A stretch of DNA of 64,000 nt from an uncultured delta proteobacterium (lineage in GTDB: Bacteria > Desulfobacterota > Binatia > Binatales > Binataceae). The DNA lies in assembly GCA_963801665.1 (NCBI GenBank), contig CAWDFL010000004.1:366590-430589 (forward strand), read 5' to 3'. Made by a program: the position numbers and the translations under genes. The notes below the pieces were generated by a model, which was not told where the DNA came from, made no database searches, and worked only from the letters and a program-made list of their open reading frames with translations. Shown piece by piece: positions 29,573 to 37,744 of this stretch. Position 1 is the first letter of the stretch; every line of letters begins with the position of its first letter.

Positions 29573-30280
29573 CTATGCGCCCTTGGCCCGAAACTCCGCT
29601 ATCGCGATCGCGCGTGTGACCTCGCCGATTCTGGTGCGCATGCGCAGGACCGTGAGCCGCAGCATCAGCAGCCACGCGAACATCAGGGTGAACGCGGCAA
29701 CCGATACCAGCAGCGTGACGACCATTCTCGGATCTTCGAGCCCATGTCCGCCCTGCCGCGTCACCAGCACCGCGGGATGGATCGTACGCCACAGGCGCAC
29801 CGACACAATCACGACCGGCACGTCAAGCGCCGCGACGATTCCGACCACCGCCGCGAAGCGCGCGACCTGTTCGGACTCTTCGAGCATCGCGCGCATGATC
29901 AGGTATCCGCCGTAGAGCAGCCACAACACGAACGAGGTCGTAAGCCGCGAGTCCCAGGTCCACCAGGTTCCCCAAATCGGTTTGGCCCATAGCGATCCGG
30001 AGAGCAGCATCAGGGTGCAGAAAAGCATCCCGATCTCGGCCGCCGAGTAGCCCAGATCGTCCCAGATCTGTCCTCCCAGCCACAGGTAGAAAATTCCCGC
30101 GACCGCGACGATCGCGAACGCGGCGAATGCGACCCAAGCGCAAGGCACGTGGAAATAGAATATCCGCTGGACGATCCCCTGCTCCGCTTCGGTCGGCACC
30201 CCGGCGAAGATCATCCACAGCGACAGGACCATCAGTGCGAGCGTCGCGGCGCCGAGAAGATTATTTAAGGTTTTGCTCAC
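29573..30280 (-). CDS. ccmC: heme exporter protein CcmC
   Basis: 235 aa, six TM helices, WWD motif WGTWWTWDSRLT. Confidence 0.92.
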   Translation of the reverse strand: MSKTLNNLLGAATLALMVLSLWMIFAGVPTEAEQGIVQRIFYFHVPCAWVAFAAFAIVAVAGIFYLWLGGQIWDDLGYSAAEIGMLFCTLMLLSGSLWAKPIWGTWWTWDSRLTTSFVLWLLYGGYLIMRAMLEESEQVARFAAVVGIVAALDVPVVIVSVRLWRTIHPAVLVTRQGGHGLEDPRMVVTLLVSVAAFTLMFAWLLMLRLTVLRMRTRIGEVTRAIAIAEFRAKGA

Positions 30281-30286
30281 CGGCTC

Positions 30287-30958
30287 CTATTCCTCTCCGA
30301 TCACGTGCTCGAACAGCAGGTAACCCGCGGTCACGAACAGCACGTCGAACGCGACGAGGATACCGATCCAGTCGCGCGCTGTCGCCATCGGAGCTCCGGA
30401 AAGCGCGACGATACTGGCGCGGACGCCGGCGATCAGCGCGGGCACGAACATCGGGACGATCAGCAGCGGCAGCAGAAGCTCGCCGCCGCGCGCGCGCCCC
30501 GAGATAGCCACGAGAAGCGTCGCCAGCGCGGCGAAGCCGATGACTCCAAGGATCAGAATTGGCGCGAGCCGCAGCAGCGCGCCGGAGAAGTCGAGATTGA
30601 AGAACAGCACGGCCAGAATCGCGCCCGCCGCGACCGCAACGATCATAAAGATCGCGGACGCTGCGAGCTTGGCGGCGTAGAGCGTCGCGCGATCGACGGG
30701 ACTCATCAGAAGAGCGCGGATACATCCGTTTTCGTTCTCGGACAAAAGCGCGCGCGAAGCCCCGAGCATCCCGGCAAACACCAACGCGATCCACAGCGCG
30801 CCCGCCGCCGCCTCGGGGCCGCGCGCCACCCCCGGTCCGAGCGCGAACACCAGCACGACCAGCACCAGCATCGCCAGCGCGACCATCGCGATCGTGCTCA
30901 TCCCGCTGCGCAGCTCGAGGCGCAGGTCTTTAGACAGCACTGCGGCAAACGCGCTCAT
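30287..30958 (-). CDS. ccmB: heme exporter permease CcmB
   Basis: Starts MSAFAAVLSKDLRLELRSG (ATG 30958) and is six-TM CcmB-like. It is the C-terminal third of track ORF 30287..32194. Confidence 0.88.
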   Translation of the reverse strand: MSAFAAVLSKDLRLELRSGMSTIAMVALAMLVLVVLVFALGPGVARGPEAAAGALWIALVFAGMLGASRALLSENENGCIRALLMSPVDRATLYAAKLAASAIFMIVAVAAGAILAVLFFNLDFSGALLRLAPILILGVIGFAALATLLVAISGRARGGELLLPLLIVPMFVPALIAGVRASIVALSGAPMATARDWIGILVAFDVLFVTAGYLLFEHVIGEE

Positions 30959-31666
30959 TGGTTTTGCCGTCCGAGCAGCGAGCGCAACCGGCTCGCACGC
31001 GAGATTTCGGTCTTGTCGGTCAGCGGATTCAGCCTGGCCGCGCATGATTTCGTATTGGTCGAGCTCGACGCCTTCGATCGCCGCCTGTCCGTGAGCGCTT
31101 ATAACGACGGCGCATCCGCGCGCCAGCTCGGCGCGGATCAGATCGGCCATGATTACGACGCCGTCGGAATCGAGCGCGGCGAACGGCTCGTCGAGCAGCA
31201 ACAGCATCGGAGCGGCGATCATCGCGCGCGCGGCGGCCAGCCGCTGCTCCATCCCGCGCGAATACATCCGCACCCGCTCGTGGGCAAAGTTCGCAAGCCC
31301 GACGCGGCGAAGCCAGCTGTGCGCGGCAATATGCGGATCTTTGACTCCATAGAGCGCGGCGTAGAACTCGAGATTCTCGCTCGCGGTGAGATTCGGGTAG
31401 AGAAAGCTGCGATGCGACAGCATCCCGATCTGGCGGCGTCCCTCAGGATCGAGCCGACGCGTGTCCTGTCCGAACACGAGCGCGTACCCGCTACTCGGCG
31501 GGGACAGTCCCGCCAGGATCGCGAGCAGAGTTGATTTGCCCGCTCCGTTGCCGCCGATAATAACCGCGGCGTGTCCGGCGGCCACGCTCAAGTCAACTTC
31601 GAGCAGGACGGGAACCATGCCGAAGCTCTTGCCAAGCGCGCGAGTTTCGACGACCGCCGCCGCCAT
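30955..31666 (-). CDS. ccmA: heme exporter ATPase CcmA (apparent 1-nt frame disruption near 31037)
   Basis: Starts MAAAVVETRALGKSFG. Walker A GGNGAGKST, signature YSRGMEQR, Walker B LLLLDEPF, H-loop ISAHG. After ..YEIMRG the high-GC3 frame shifts to RLNPLTDKTEISRASRLRSLLGRQNQ and ends in an ATGA overlap with ccmB. Confidence 0.85.
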
Positions 31667-32194
31667 CAGTCGTTCCAGCCGGTGGCGCGTCCGGCGGGTC
31701 TGAGCGCGAGGCCGCATTCCGAGCAATAGCGGGCGTCCGCGATCGTGCGAGTCCCGCACTGCGGGCAGAATCGCACGCCGCGCATGGTCGCGCTCGTGCG
31801 CGCGGGGCTGAAGGAGGGAAATTGCGGGGCGCGCGCAGGCTCGATCCGCCGGGGCGGTTCGATGCGCAAAGCCTGGCCGCGGCGCGGGAGCAATCGATGC
31901 GGTTTCGATTTTGCTGTTTAGCTGTTCGATCGATTGCATCGCGGCGAGCGCGCGATTTTCGAGCGTCGCGCGCAGCGCCTCATAGTCGGCATCGGAAAGC
32001 TTGCCCATCTCGCGATCGAATTCGAGGTCGCGCAGCGCCTGCACCGCGAGACCGCGCTCATGCTCGAGTCTTCGGCCGTCAAGCTCATTCTGATCGGTCG
32101 GCGTGCGGCGCGAGGGCAAGAGTCCGCCCGCGAGCGGAGCGGCGACAAACAGCGCGACTCCGGCAACGATCATCGCGGCCGCCAGGTAGATCAT
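31666..32194 (-). CDS. Ccm-cluster accessory protein: TM helix, coiled coil, C-terminal zinc ribbon (two frames)
   Basis: Frame 1 from 32194 reads MIYLAAAMIVAGVALFVAAPLAG...DREMGKLSDADYEALRATLENRALAAMQSIEQLNSK. From about 31893 the high-GC3 frame is ORF 31666..31893 (..RFCPQCGTRTIADARYCSECG..), whose TGA overlaps the ccmA ATG (TGATG). Confidence 0.45.
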
Positions 32195-32197
32195 CGC

Positions 32198-32704
32198 TCA
32201 GCCACCGCTCCTCAGATCTTCGGCCAGCTTGCGTCGCAGCTCGGGATCGAATGTGGGCGCGTCGGGCGGCGACCGCACCGGCTCGGGCGAAGAGGAATCG
32301 GGAGCGCGGCGCCACCTTTGCGCCGTGAAGATTATCAACCCTGCGCCGATCAGCAGCGCTCCGAAGGGCGTGATCCAAGCGAGCAGATTGAAGCCTTCGG
32401 TCGTTGGTGCGGAAAGAACTTTCTCGCCGAATTTATGCCGGTAGAAAGAGATAATCTCGGCCTGCGACTGGCCCTGGTCGATCATCTCCTGGATATGCGC
32501 GCGCGTCGGAACCGAGAAGCTGCACGTGGGCATGTTGCAGTTGGCGACAGTCAGGCCGCATCCGCATTGGCAGGTGAGACCTTGCGCAACCTGTTCCGCA
32601 TTGGGGCGGGTCGCTGCGCGCAAATTGCGGGCGCAGGCCGCTCCGAACACGAGCGCGAAGAGCGCCGCGGTGAGCACGAGGATCCGTCGTGCGCGCATGT
32701 TCAT
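32198..32704 (-). CDS. ccmH: CcmH/NrfF-family cytochrome c maturation protein
   Basis: Start MNMRARRILVLTAALFALVF (ATGA overlap with the ccmF stop). Cys-rich motif LTCQCGCGLTVANC, then the CcmH-like segment IQEMIDQGQSQAEIISFYRHKFGEKVLSAP and a C-terminal TM helix. Confidence 0.75.
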   Translation of the reverse strand: MNMRARRILVLTAALFALVFGAACARNLRAATRPNAEQVAQGLTCQCGCGLTVANCNMPTCSFSVPTRAHIQEMIDQGQSQAEIISFYRHKFGEKVLSAPTTEGFNLLAWITPFGALLIGAGLIIFTAQRWRRAPDSSSPEPVRSPPDAPTFDPELRRKLAEDLRSGG

Positions 32705-34713
32705 TCTCCGCCGGGTGCGGGATCGCCCGCGATCGAAACCGGGGCCGCGCGTCTCACTGCGACGGCGATCGCCGCGCGTTCGCGCACGTTCGGCCACATC
32801 ACGACCACCGTGCCGATCGCCATCAGCAAACCTCCCGCCCACAGCCAGAACACCAGCGGAGTCAGGAAGACCTCGAAGGTGGCTTGGCCGTTCTGGTCGA
32901 GACCGGCGAGCACGATGTAGAGATCGGCAAAGGGGGTCGAGCGGATTGCGACCTTGGTCGCGGGCTGCTGCTCGCGCTTGTAGAAAAGTTTCGCGGGCGC
33001 CATCTCGGTGACGACGCTGCCGCCCCGCGAGACCTCGATCCGCGCGGTCGCGGTTTCCATGTGCGCGTTCTCGAACGCAGAGAGGCCGAGATAACGCAGG
33101 TCGTAGGCGCCGATCGAAAAACTCTGACCCTCGCGCACGCTCTTTTTCACTTCGGTCTTGAAGAACGACGATCCGACGATCCCGACGAACGCGACGATCA
33201 CACCGATATGGATGATGTACCCGCCGTAGCGCCGGTTGTTCTTCGCCACCAGGTTGACCAGGGCCTTCGGCCCGGTCTCGGCCAGCATATGCTGCCGCGC
33301 GCCGACGCCGCGCCTGAACTCGACCACGATCGTGCCGAGCACGAACGCGGCGAGCGAGATCGCGGTCAGCACGTACCACTCGCGGAGCCCGGCGGCGAGC
33401 GCGATCACGCCCGTCGTGACTCCGGCAATCGCGGGAGCGGCGAAGCTCTTCACCAGGTTGCTCGCGGTGGTGCGCCGCCATGCGATAAGCGGACCCACCC
33501 CCATCAGGAAGATCAGCCCAAGCGCGAGCGGCCCGGCAACGCGATTAAAGAACGGCGGGCCGACGGTGATCTTCACTCCGCGCACGGCCTCGGAGAGCAC
33601 TGGAAAGATCGTGCCCCAGAAAACCGCGAACGCGATTCCGATCAGCATCAGGTTGTTGAACAGGAACGCGGCCTCGCGCGAGAGATAGGACTCGAACTCG
33701 GCAGGACTGCGCAGCTCTTTGGAGCGAAAGATCAGCAGGGCCGTGTAGCCCGACGCGACGATGATCAGGAACGCGAGAAAGTATGGACCGAGACCCGACT
33801 GCGTGAACGAATGCACCGACGAGATCACGCCGCTGCGCGTGATGAACGTGCCGAAGATCGTGAGCGAGAACGCAAGCCCGATAAGCGCGAGGTTCCAGAC
33901 CTTCAGCATGTCCTTGCGCTCCTGGATCATCACAGAATGCAGGTACGCGGTCATCACGAGCCACGGCATGAAGGCGGCGTTCTCGACCGGATCCCATGCC
34001 CAGTAACCGCCCCATCCAAGGACCTCGTAGGCCCACCTTGCGCCGAACAGGTTCCCGAGCGTCAGGAAGAACCAGGAGAAGATCGCCCAGCGCCGCGTCG
34101 TGCGAATCCAGGTATCGTCGAGCTTGCCGGTTATCAGCGCGGCGGCGCCAAACGCGAACGGAACCGTTGCGCTGACGTAGCCGGTATAGAGCGACGGCGG
34201 ATGGATCGCCATCCAGTAATTCTGAAGTAAAGGATTAAGATCTGTTCCCTGCGCCGGGATGACAGCCATCAGGTCGAACGGACGCGTGACGAAGTTCAGC
34301 ATCCCCAGAAAAAAGATCGCGACCCCCGCCAGCACCGCCATCGCATATGGCGCGATCTCCGGGTTTCGGCGACGATTCAGGAACGCCGCGACCGAAGTGA
34401 AGATCGACAAGAGCCAAGTCCAGAACAGCAGCGAGCCCTGCTGTCCGCCCCATAAGGCGGTGAACTTGTACGCGGTCGGAAGCGTGGTGCTCGAGTACGA
34501 GGCCACGTATTCGAGAGAAAAGTCCGAGGTCAACAAACCGGTCCACAGCGCGACCACCGCGATCGTCACCATCGCGCACATCGCCCACAGCGCGTGGCGC
34601 GCGCTCGCGATAAACTCCGGATGCGACCGGCGGACGCCGTATATGTTCGCGCCGATCGAATAGATCGCGAGCAACAGAGCGATCGCGAGCGCAAGTCGTC
34701 CTAAAACGGGCAT
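32701..34713 (-). CDS. ccmF: cytochrome c heme lyase subunit CcmF
   Basis: 670 aa, many TM helices, WWD motif WGGYWAWDPVENA. Confidence 0.95.
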   Translation of the reverse strand: MPVLGRLALAIALLLAIYSIGANIYGVRRSHPEFIASARHALWAMCAMVTIAVVALWTGLLTSDFSLEYVASYSSTTLPTAYKFTALWGGQQGSLLFWTWLLSIFTSVAAFLNRRRNPEIAPYAMAVLAGVAIFFLGMLNFVTRPFDLMAVIPAQGTDLNPLLQNYWMAIHPPSLYTGYVSATVPFAFGAAALITGKLDDTWIRTTRRWAIFSWFFLTLGNLFGARWAYEVLGWGGYWAWDPVENAAFMPWLVMTAYLHSVMIQERKDMLKVWNLALIGLAFSLTIFGTFITRSGVISSVHSFTQSGLGPYFLAFLIIVASGYTALLIFRSKELRSPAEFESYLSREAAFLFNNLMLIGIAFAVFWGTIFPVLSEAVRGVKITVGPPFFNRVAGPLALGLIFLMGVGPLIAWRRTTASNLVKSFAAPAIAGVTTGVIALAAGLREWYVLTAISLAAFVLGTIVVEFRRGVGARQHMLAETGPKALVNLVAKNNRRYGGYIIHIGVIVAFVGIVGSSFFKTEVKKSVREGQSFSIGAYDLRYLGLSAFENAHMETATARIEVSRGGSVVTEMAPAKLFYKREQQPATKVAIRSTPFADLYIVLAGLDQNGQATFEVFLTPLVFWLWAGGLLMAIGTVVVMWPNVRERAAIAVAVRRAAPVSIAGDPAPGGE

Positions 34714-34720
34714 GGTTCCT

Positions 34721-35167
34721 CTACTTAGCTTGCGCGGGCTTGTACTTGGAAGGGCAACTCGTGAGCACTTGCGTAGCGGTGATATGCCCAGCCGAGTCGA
34801 GCTTGCCCTCGACGATCACGTCGCGATTGTCGGCGAACATGTCGGGTTTGGGCTCGCCCGCGCAGGTGACGGTGTATGAAGTAGGCTCGGCAATCGAGAC
34901 CGGTTTCACCGCGGGATCCGCGTTCGGATCGGGAATCGCGACAATTCCAAACTTGAGGGTCAGCGTCGCGGGATCCCACGCGATCGTGCCCGGCTTGACG
35001 CGCCCGGCAACGCGCAGACGTTGCCCGACGAGCTCGGCCTGCCGCGCCGCAACTTCATTGACGGTCAGGTAATATTCGGAAGTGCTTCGGATCGCGGTGG
35101 TGATCAGATAGACGATCGCGCCCACGACCAGCGCCGTGCCAATAACAAATCGCAGCCGAAAACGCAT
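34721..35167 (-). CDS. ccmE: heme chaperone CcmE, Cys variant (CxxxY)
   Basis: 148 aa with an N-terminal anchor and an OB fold. The C-terminal ..TQVLTSCPSKYKP aligns with the canonical ..EVLAKHDENYTP, so the heme-binding His is replaced by Cys. Confidence 0.9.
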   Translation of the reverse strand: MRFRLRFVIGTALVVGAIVYLITTAIRSTSEYYLTVNEVAARQAELVGQRLRVAGRVKPGTIAWDPATLTLKFGIVAIPDPNADPAVKPVSIAEPTSYTVTCAGEPKPDMFADNRDVIVEGKLDSAGHITATQVLTSCPSKYKPAQAK

Positions 35168-35286
35168 CGCCCAATATTATCCGCGCCGGAGCACCAAGCG
35201 ATCAACCCACGCGCGCCTTGATGGTGATTAGCTGACGATCTTAGGTATCTTTCCGGTTCCGTTGTTGCCGGACGTACGCTGGCGCC

Positions 35287-36117
35287 CTACTCTTCTTCCG
35301 AAGATGCGCTGCGCGAGGCGCGAGGGCCGAAGGCTACGCCGCGTTTGCTCGCGCGGATGAAATCGATCATCTCGGCTACTTCGGGCGCGACCGGACCCGC
35401 GGCGAGCAGGCGGTCGATTGCAAGGGACAGGTTCTGACGCGCGCCAAATAACGCCGAGAATGCCCGGCGGAGCGCGGAAATCGCGGTGGCGCTGAAACCC
35501 GCGCGCTTGAGCCCGATCACGTTTATAGCGCGCAGCGTATGCACTCCGTCCACGATACAGAACGGCGGGATGTCGCGGCTCATGCGCGAGCCTCCGCGCG
35601 TCAGCGCGAGCCGTCCGATCCTTGTGTACTGATGCACCACGCAGTTGCCGGATACCAGCGCGCGATCACCGACCTGAACCCATCCTGCCAGCAGCGCGCC
35701 GCCCGCGATAATCGTGTGGTCACCGACTACGCAGTCGTGCCCGATATGCGCATTGTGCATCACGAAGTTGTCGCTGCCGATCGTCGTGACGCGGCCCTTC
35801 TCGCATCCGCGATGCACCGTCGCGCCTTCGCGGAAAATATTCCGATCGCCGATTCTTACTTGCCGTGGTGCTCCGCTATAGGAGAGATCCTGCGGCTCGT
35901 CGCCGATCACGACAGTCGGATGTACAACGTTGTCGGCGCCCACTTCCGTGTCGCCGAAAATCGCGACGTGGCTGATTAGCCGCGTGCGCGCGCCCAGCTT
36001 GACCCGCCCCTCGAGCATGCAGAACGGGCCAATCTCGACACCGGGACCAAGCTCGGCAGCAGGATCGACGACCGCCGACGGATGAATCTTCGGCGCGGCA
36101 GATTTTTTTGGCGGCAT
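35287..36117 (-). CDS. lpxA: acyl-ACP--UDP-N-acetylglucosamine O-acyltransferase
   Basis: 276 aa. IHPSAVVDPAAELGPGVEIGPFCMLEG.. hexapeptide repeats and an LpxA C-terminal helical domain. Confidence 0.92.
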   Translation of the reverse strand: MPPKKSAAPKIHPSAVVDPAAELGPGVEIGPFCMLEGRVKLGARTRLISHVAIFGDTEVGADNVVHPTVVIGDEPQDLSYSGAPRQVRIGDRNIFREGATVHRGCEKGRVTTIGSDNFVMHNAHIGHDCVVGDHTIIAGGALLAGWVQVGDRALVSGNCVVHQYTRIGRLALTRGGSRMSRDIPPFCIVDGVHTLRAINVIGLKRAGFSATAISALRRAFSALFGARQNLSLAIDRLLAAGPVAPEVAEMIDFIRASKRGVAFGPRASRSASSEEE

Positions 36118-36123
36118 CGCGGG

Positions 36124-36330
36124 TCAGTTGAGTTCAGGCTTCTTCGCAGACGGGTCTTTGCGGCGATCGTCGGGATGCTCGGAATCGTCCTCGGCCTTGC
36201 CGCCGGCGACGCGATACTCCTCGGCCGCCCAGGTGCCGAGATCGACCATCCTGCATCGCTCGGAGCAGAACGGACGGAACTGGTTGCGCGGCGTAGCGTC
36301 AACCGGCTTCTTGCAAGTCGGGCATCGCAT
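36124..36330 (-). CDS. yacG: DNA gyrase inhibitor YacG (zinc finger)
   Basis: MRCPTCKKPVDATPRNQFRPFCSERCRMVDLGTWAAEEYRV, with the start at ATG 36330. Confidence 0.8.
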   Translation of the reverse strand: MRCPTCKKPVDATPRNQFRPFCSERCRMVDLGTWAAEEYRVAGGKAEDDSEHPDDRRKDPSAKKPELN

Positions 36331-36447
36331 GAGAGGCTCGCTCAATTCGAGAATTGCCAGATCGAGCGCGGATGCGCAATCGCTCCGCACTGTGCACGCA
36401 CGCAGCCGGCATGCGGGCGGAACGCCGCTCCAAAGACGGCACAGCCT

Positions 36448-36921
36448 CTATACTTCTGGACATCGTTTCGTTGCCAGGCTCCGTCTCTTTATTCTCGTGT
36501 CGAGCTCCCATAGCGCGTTCTTGTTGCTATCCCATTCCAATAGGCGATGAGCTGCGGCGTACTGTACCCACCGGCATTCACTGTGCTCGGCTGAAAGAGT
36601 GAATCTTGGAGAGTCCAATTTGCACGGCAAAGCTGTGCTCGGGGACGACTAATACATTCGGTCCCCATTTGAAACCGCAAACATTTGCGACTGGAATCGT
36701 TGATAGCGAATCGAGCGCGAAGTAAATATTGGTATGTGGTATTCCGCCTTCTTCGAATGCTTCGCGGCGGCTGACTCCAACGGCGATTCGTTGGACTCGC
36801 CTCCACCAGCGAGGCCCTGCCATGCGCCGCAATCGGCTCGACGAGATATAGCGTAGGAGGTATTTCCGCCTTTCAATGTTCGGAATGGTAATACCAGAAT
36901 CTGATAGGGGGCTCGTTTCAT
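36448..36921 (-). pseudogene. NUDIX pyrophosphatase gene spread over two frames (two frame shifts)
   Basis: Three pieces together cover a ~150-aa NUDIX protein. (1) MKRAPYQILVLPFR..YAISRRADCGAWQGLAGGGESNESPLESA (ORF 36649..36921). (2) RREAFEEGGIP..SIPV..GFKWGPNVLVVPEHSFAVQ in the frame of ORF 36578..36931. (3) LSAEHSECRWVQYAAAHRLLEWDSNKNALWELDTRI, back in the first frame (ORF 36448..36630). Confidence 0.6.
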
Positions 36922-36961
36922 GTTGGTTCACTCACCCTCGCCGGAATTTCCCGCAACCACG

Positions 36962-37030
36962 CCGGCTTCTTACAAGTCGGCCACCGAATGAGCACGGTGA
37001 GCCATCGCCTGGCGCGGCAAATTGCGCACC
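36962..37030. repeat. degenerate second copy of the yacG 5' end
   Basis: 36962-36992 matches 36303-36333 (yacG codons 1-9 plus the first base upstream of the ATG) at 27 of 31 positions, with the ATG changed to ATT. Similarity continues more weakly to about 37030. Confidence 0.6.
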
Positions 37031-37035
37031 AGTCT

Positions 37036-37386
37036 TCAACTCTCACTTGCCTGCAAACCGGTAATCTCCCAAGTTCCCGATTCGGGCTGAGCTAATTTGG
37101 CTCCATGGCGCCGGCCGATTGCGGTGTATTTCGCAGACAAAGGACTTGGGGCATTCAGAAAGAGAACCCGCAGTTTATGAGGCGGCTGGATGGCACGCGC
37201 ATCGTCGATGAACCCGATGATTTCATCTATGAATGACGGCGTTACTATTTCCACGCCTGCGAAATCCAGCGCGATCTCTCCGCGTTTTTCGATCGCGGCG
37301 GTAATACTATCGCGGAGAACACCAGCGGACTCGCGAGTCACCAGCGCGCGACGGTGGAGAAGATCATAAATCGATAGTGTTTCCAA
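37036..37386 (-). CDS. STAS-like DUF4325-type protein
   Basis: 116 aa. ..GEIALDFAGVEIVTPSFIDEIIGFI.. resembles the DUF4325/STAS-like family. Stand-alone, with no adjacent ATPase partner. Lower GC. Confidence 0.55.
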   Translation of the reverse strand: METLSIYDLLHRRALVTRESAGVLRDSITAAIEKRGEIALDFAGVEIVTPSFIDEIIGFIDDARAIQPPHKLRVLFLNAPSPLSAKYTAIGRRHGAKLAQPESGTWEITGLQASES

Positions 37387-37602
37387 CTGTTTGCCGAGGC
37401 TTCGCTCCCTTCAGGCGGGTATCGAAGCAAAAATCAAGGTGCCAGGAAAGGTCACCTGAGTCCGCGTCGCGGTTATCGGTGGGTTGGTCCCGCCAGTCTG
37501 CTGAGCGGTTGGGGACCTTGATTTCCATTGATCGAAGTTTTGGAAGTGGCCGCGCATGCCCTTCGCCATTGATATTCCAATCTTAGCATTTTCTTAGTGG
37601 AG

Positions 37603-37699
37603 AATCGCCAATCGACGGCTCGCTGCGCGGCTTTTCGTAACCTTCAAGCATAGTCGCGCTGGAAAGCCGAAAACCGCCAGATCGAGCGGATGCGCAATC
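37603..37699. repeat. second copy of the yacG leader segment
   Basis: GCCAGATCGAGCGGATGCGCAATC at 37676-37699 equals 36356-36381 apart from a 2-nt CG indel. GGCTCGCT at 37617-37624 matches 36335-36342. Confidence 0.6.
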
Positions 37700-37744
37700 C
37701 ACGGCCGATGGGTATGCTGAGCGGAGGATTTTGAAGGAATCGAG

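Noticed and set aside
30287-31666. Genuine CcmA-CcmB fusion protein
   Set aside because: The linker read in frame has poor third-position GC. The neighbouring frame has high GC3, gives a normal ABC ending (..GRL..) and stops in an ATGA overlap with the ccmB start. A one-base insertion near 31037 is the simpler explanation.
32689-34230. 513-aa plus-strand ORF, and the upstream part of ORF 32198..33481
   Set aside because: Both are mirror frames of ccmF. The only credible coding part of 32198..33481 is the last 168 codons (ccmH).
37431-37524. Perfect 10-bp long-range inverted repeat (AAATCAAGGT / ACCTTGATTT) in the spacer upstream of the DUF4325-like gene
   Set aside because: This is a single stem with a ~74-nt loop, and I recognise no conserved ncRNA motif. 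It could be chance or part of the insertion scar, and there is not enough evidence to call a feature.
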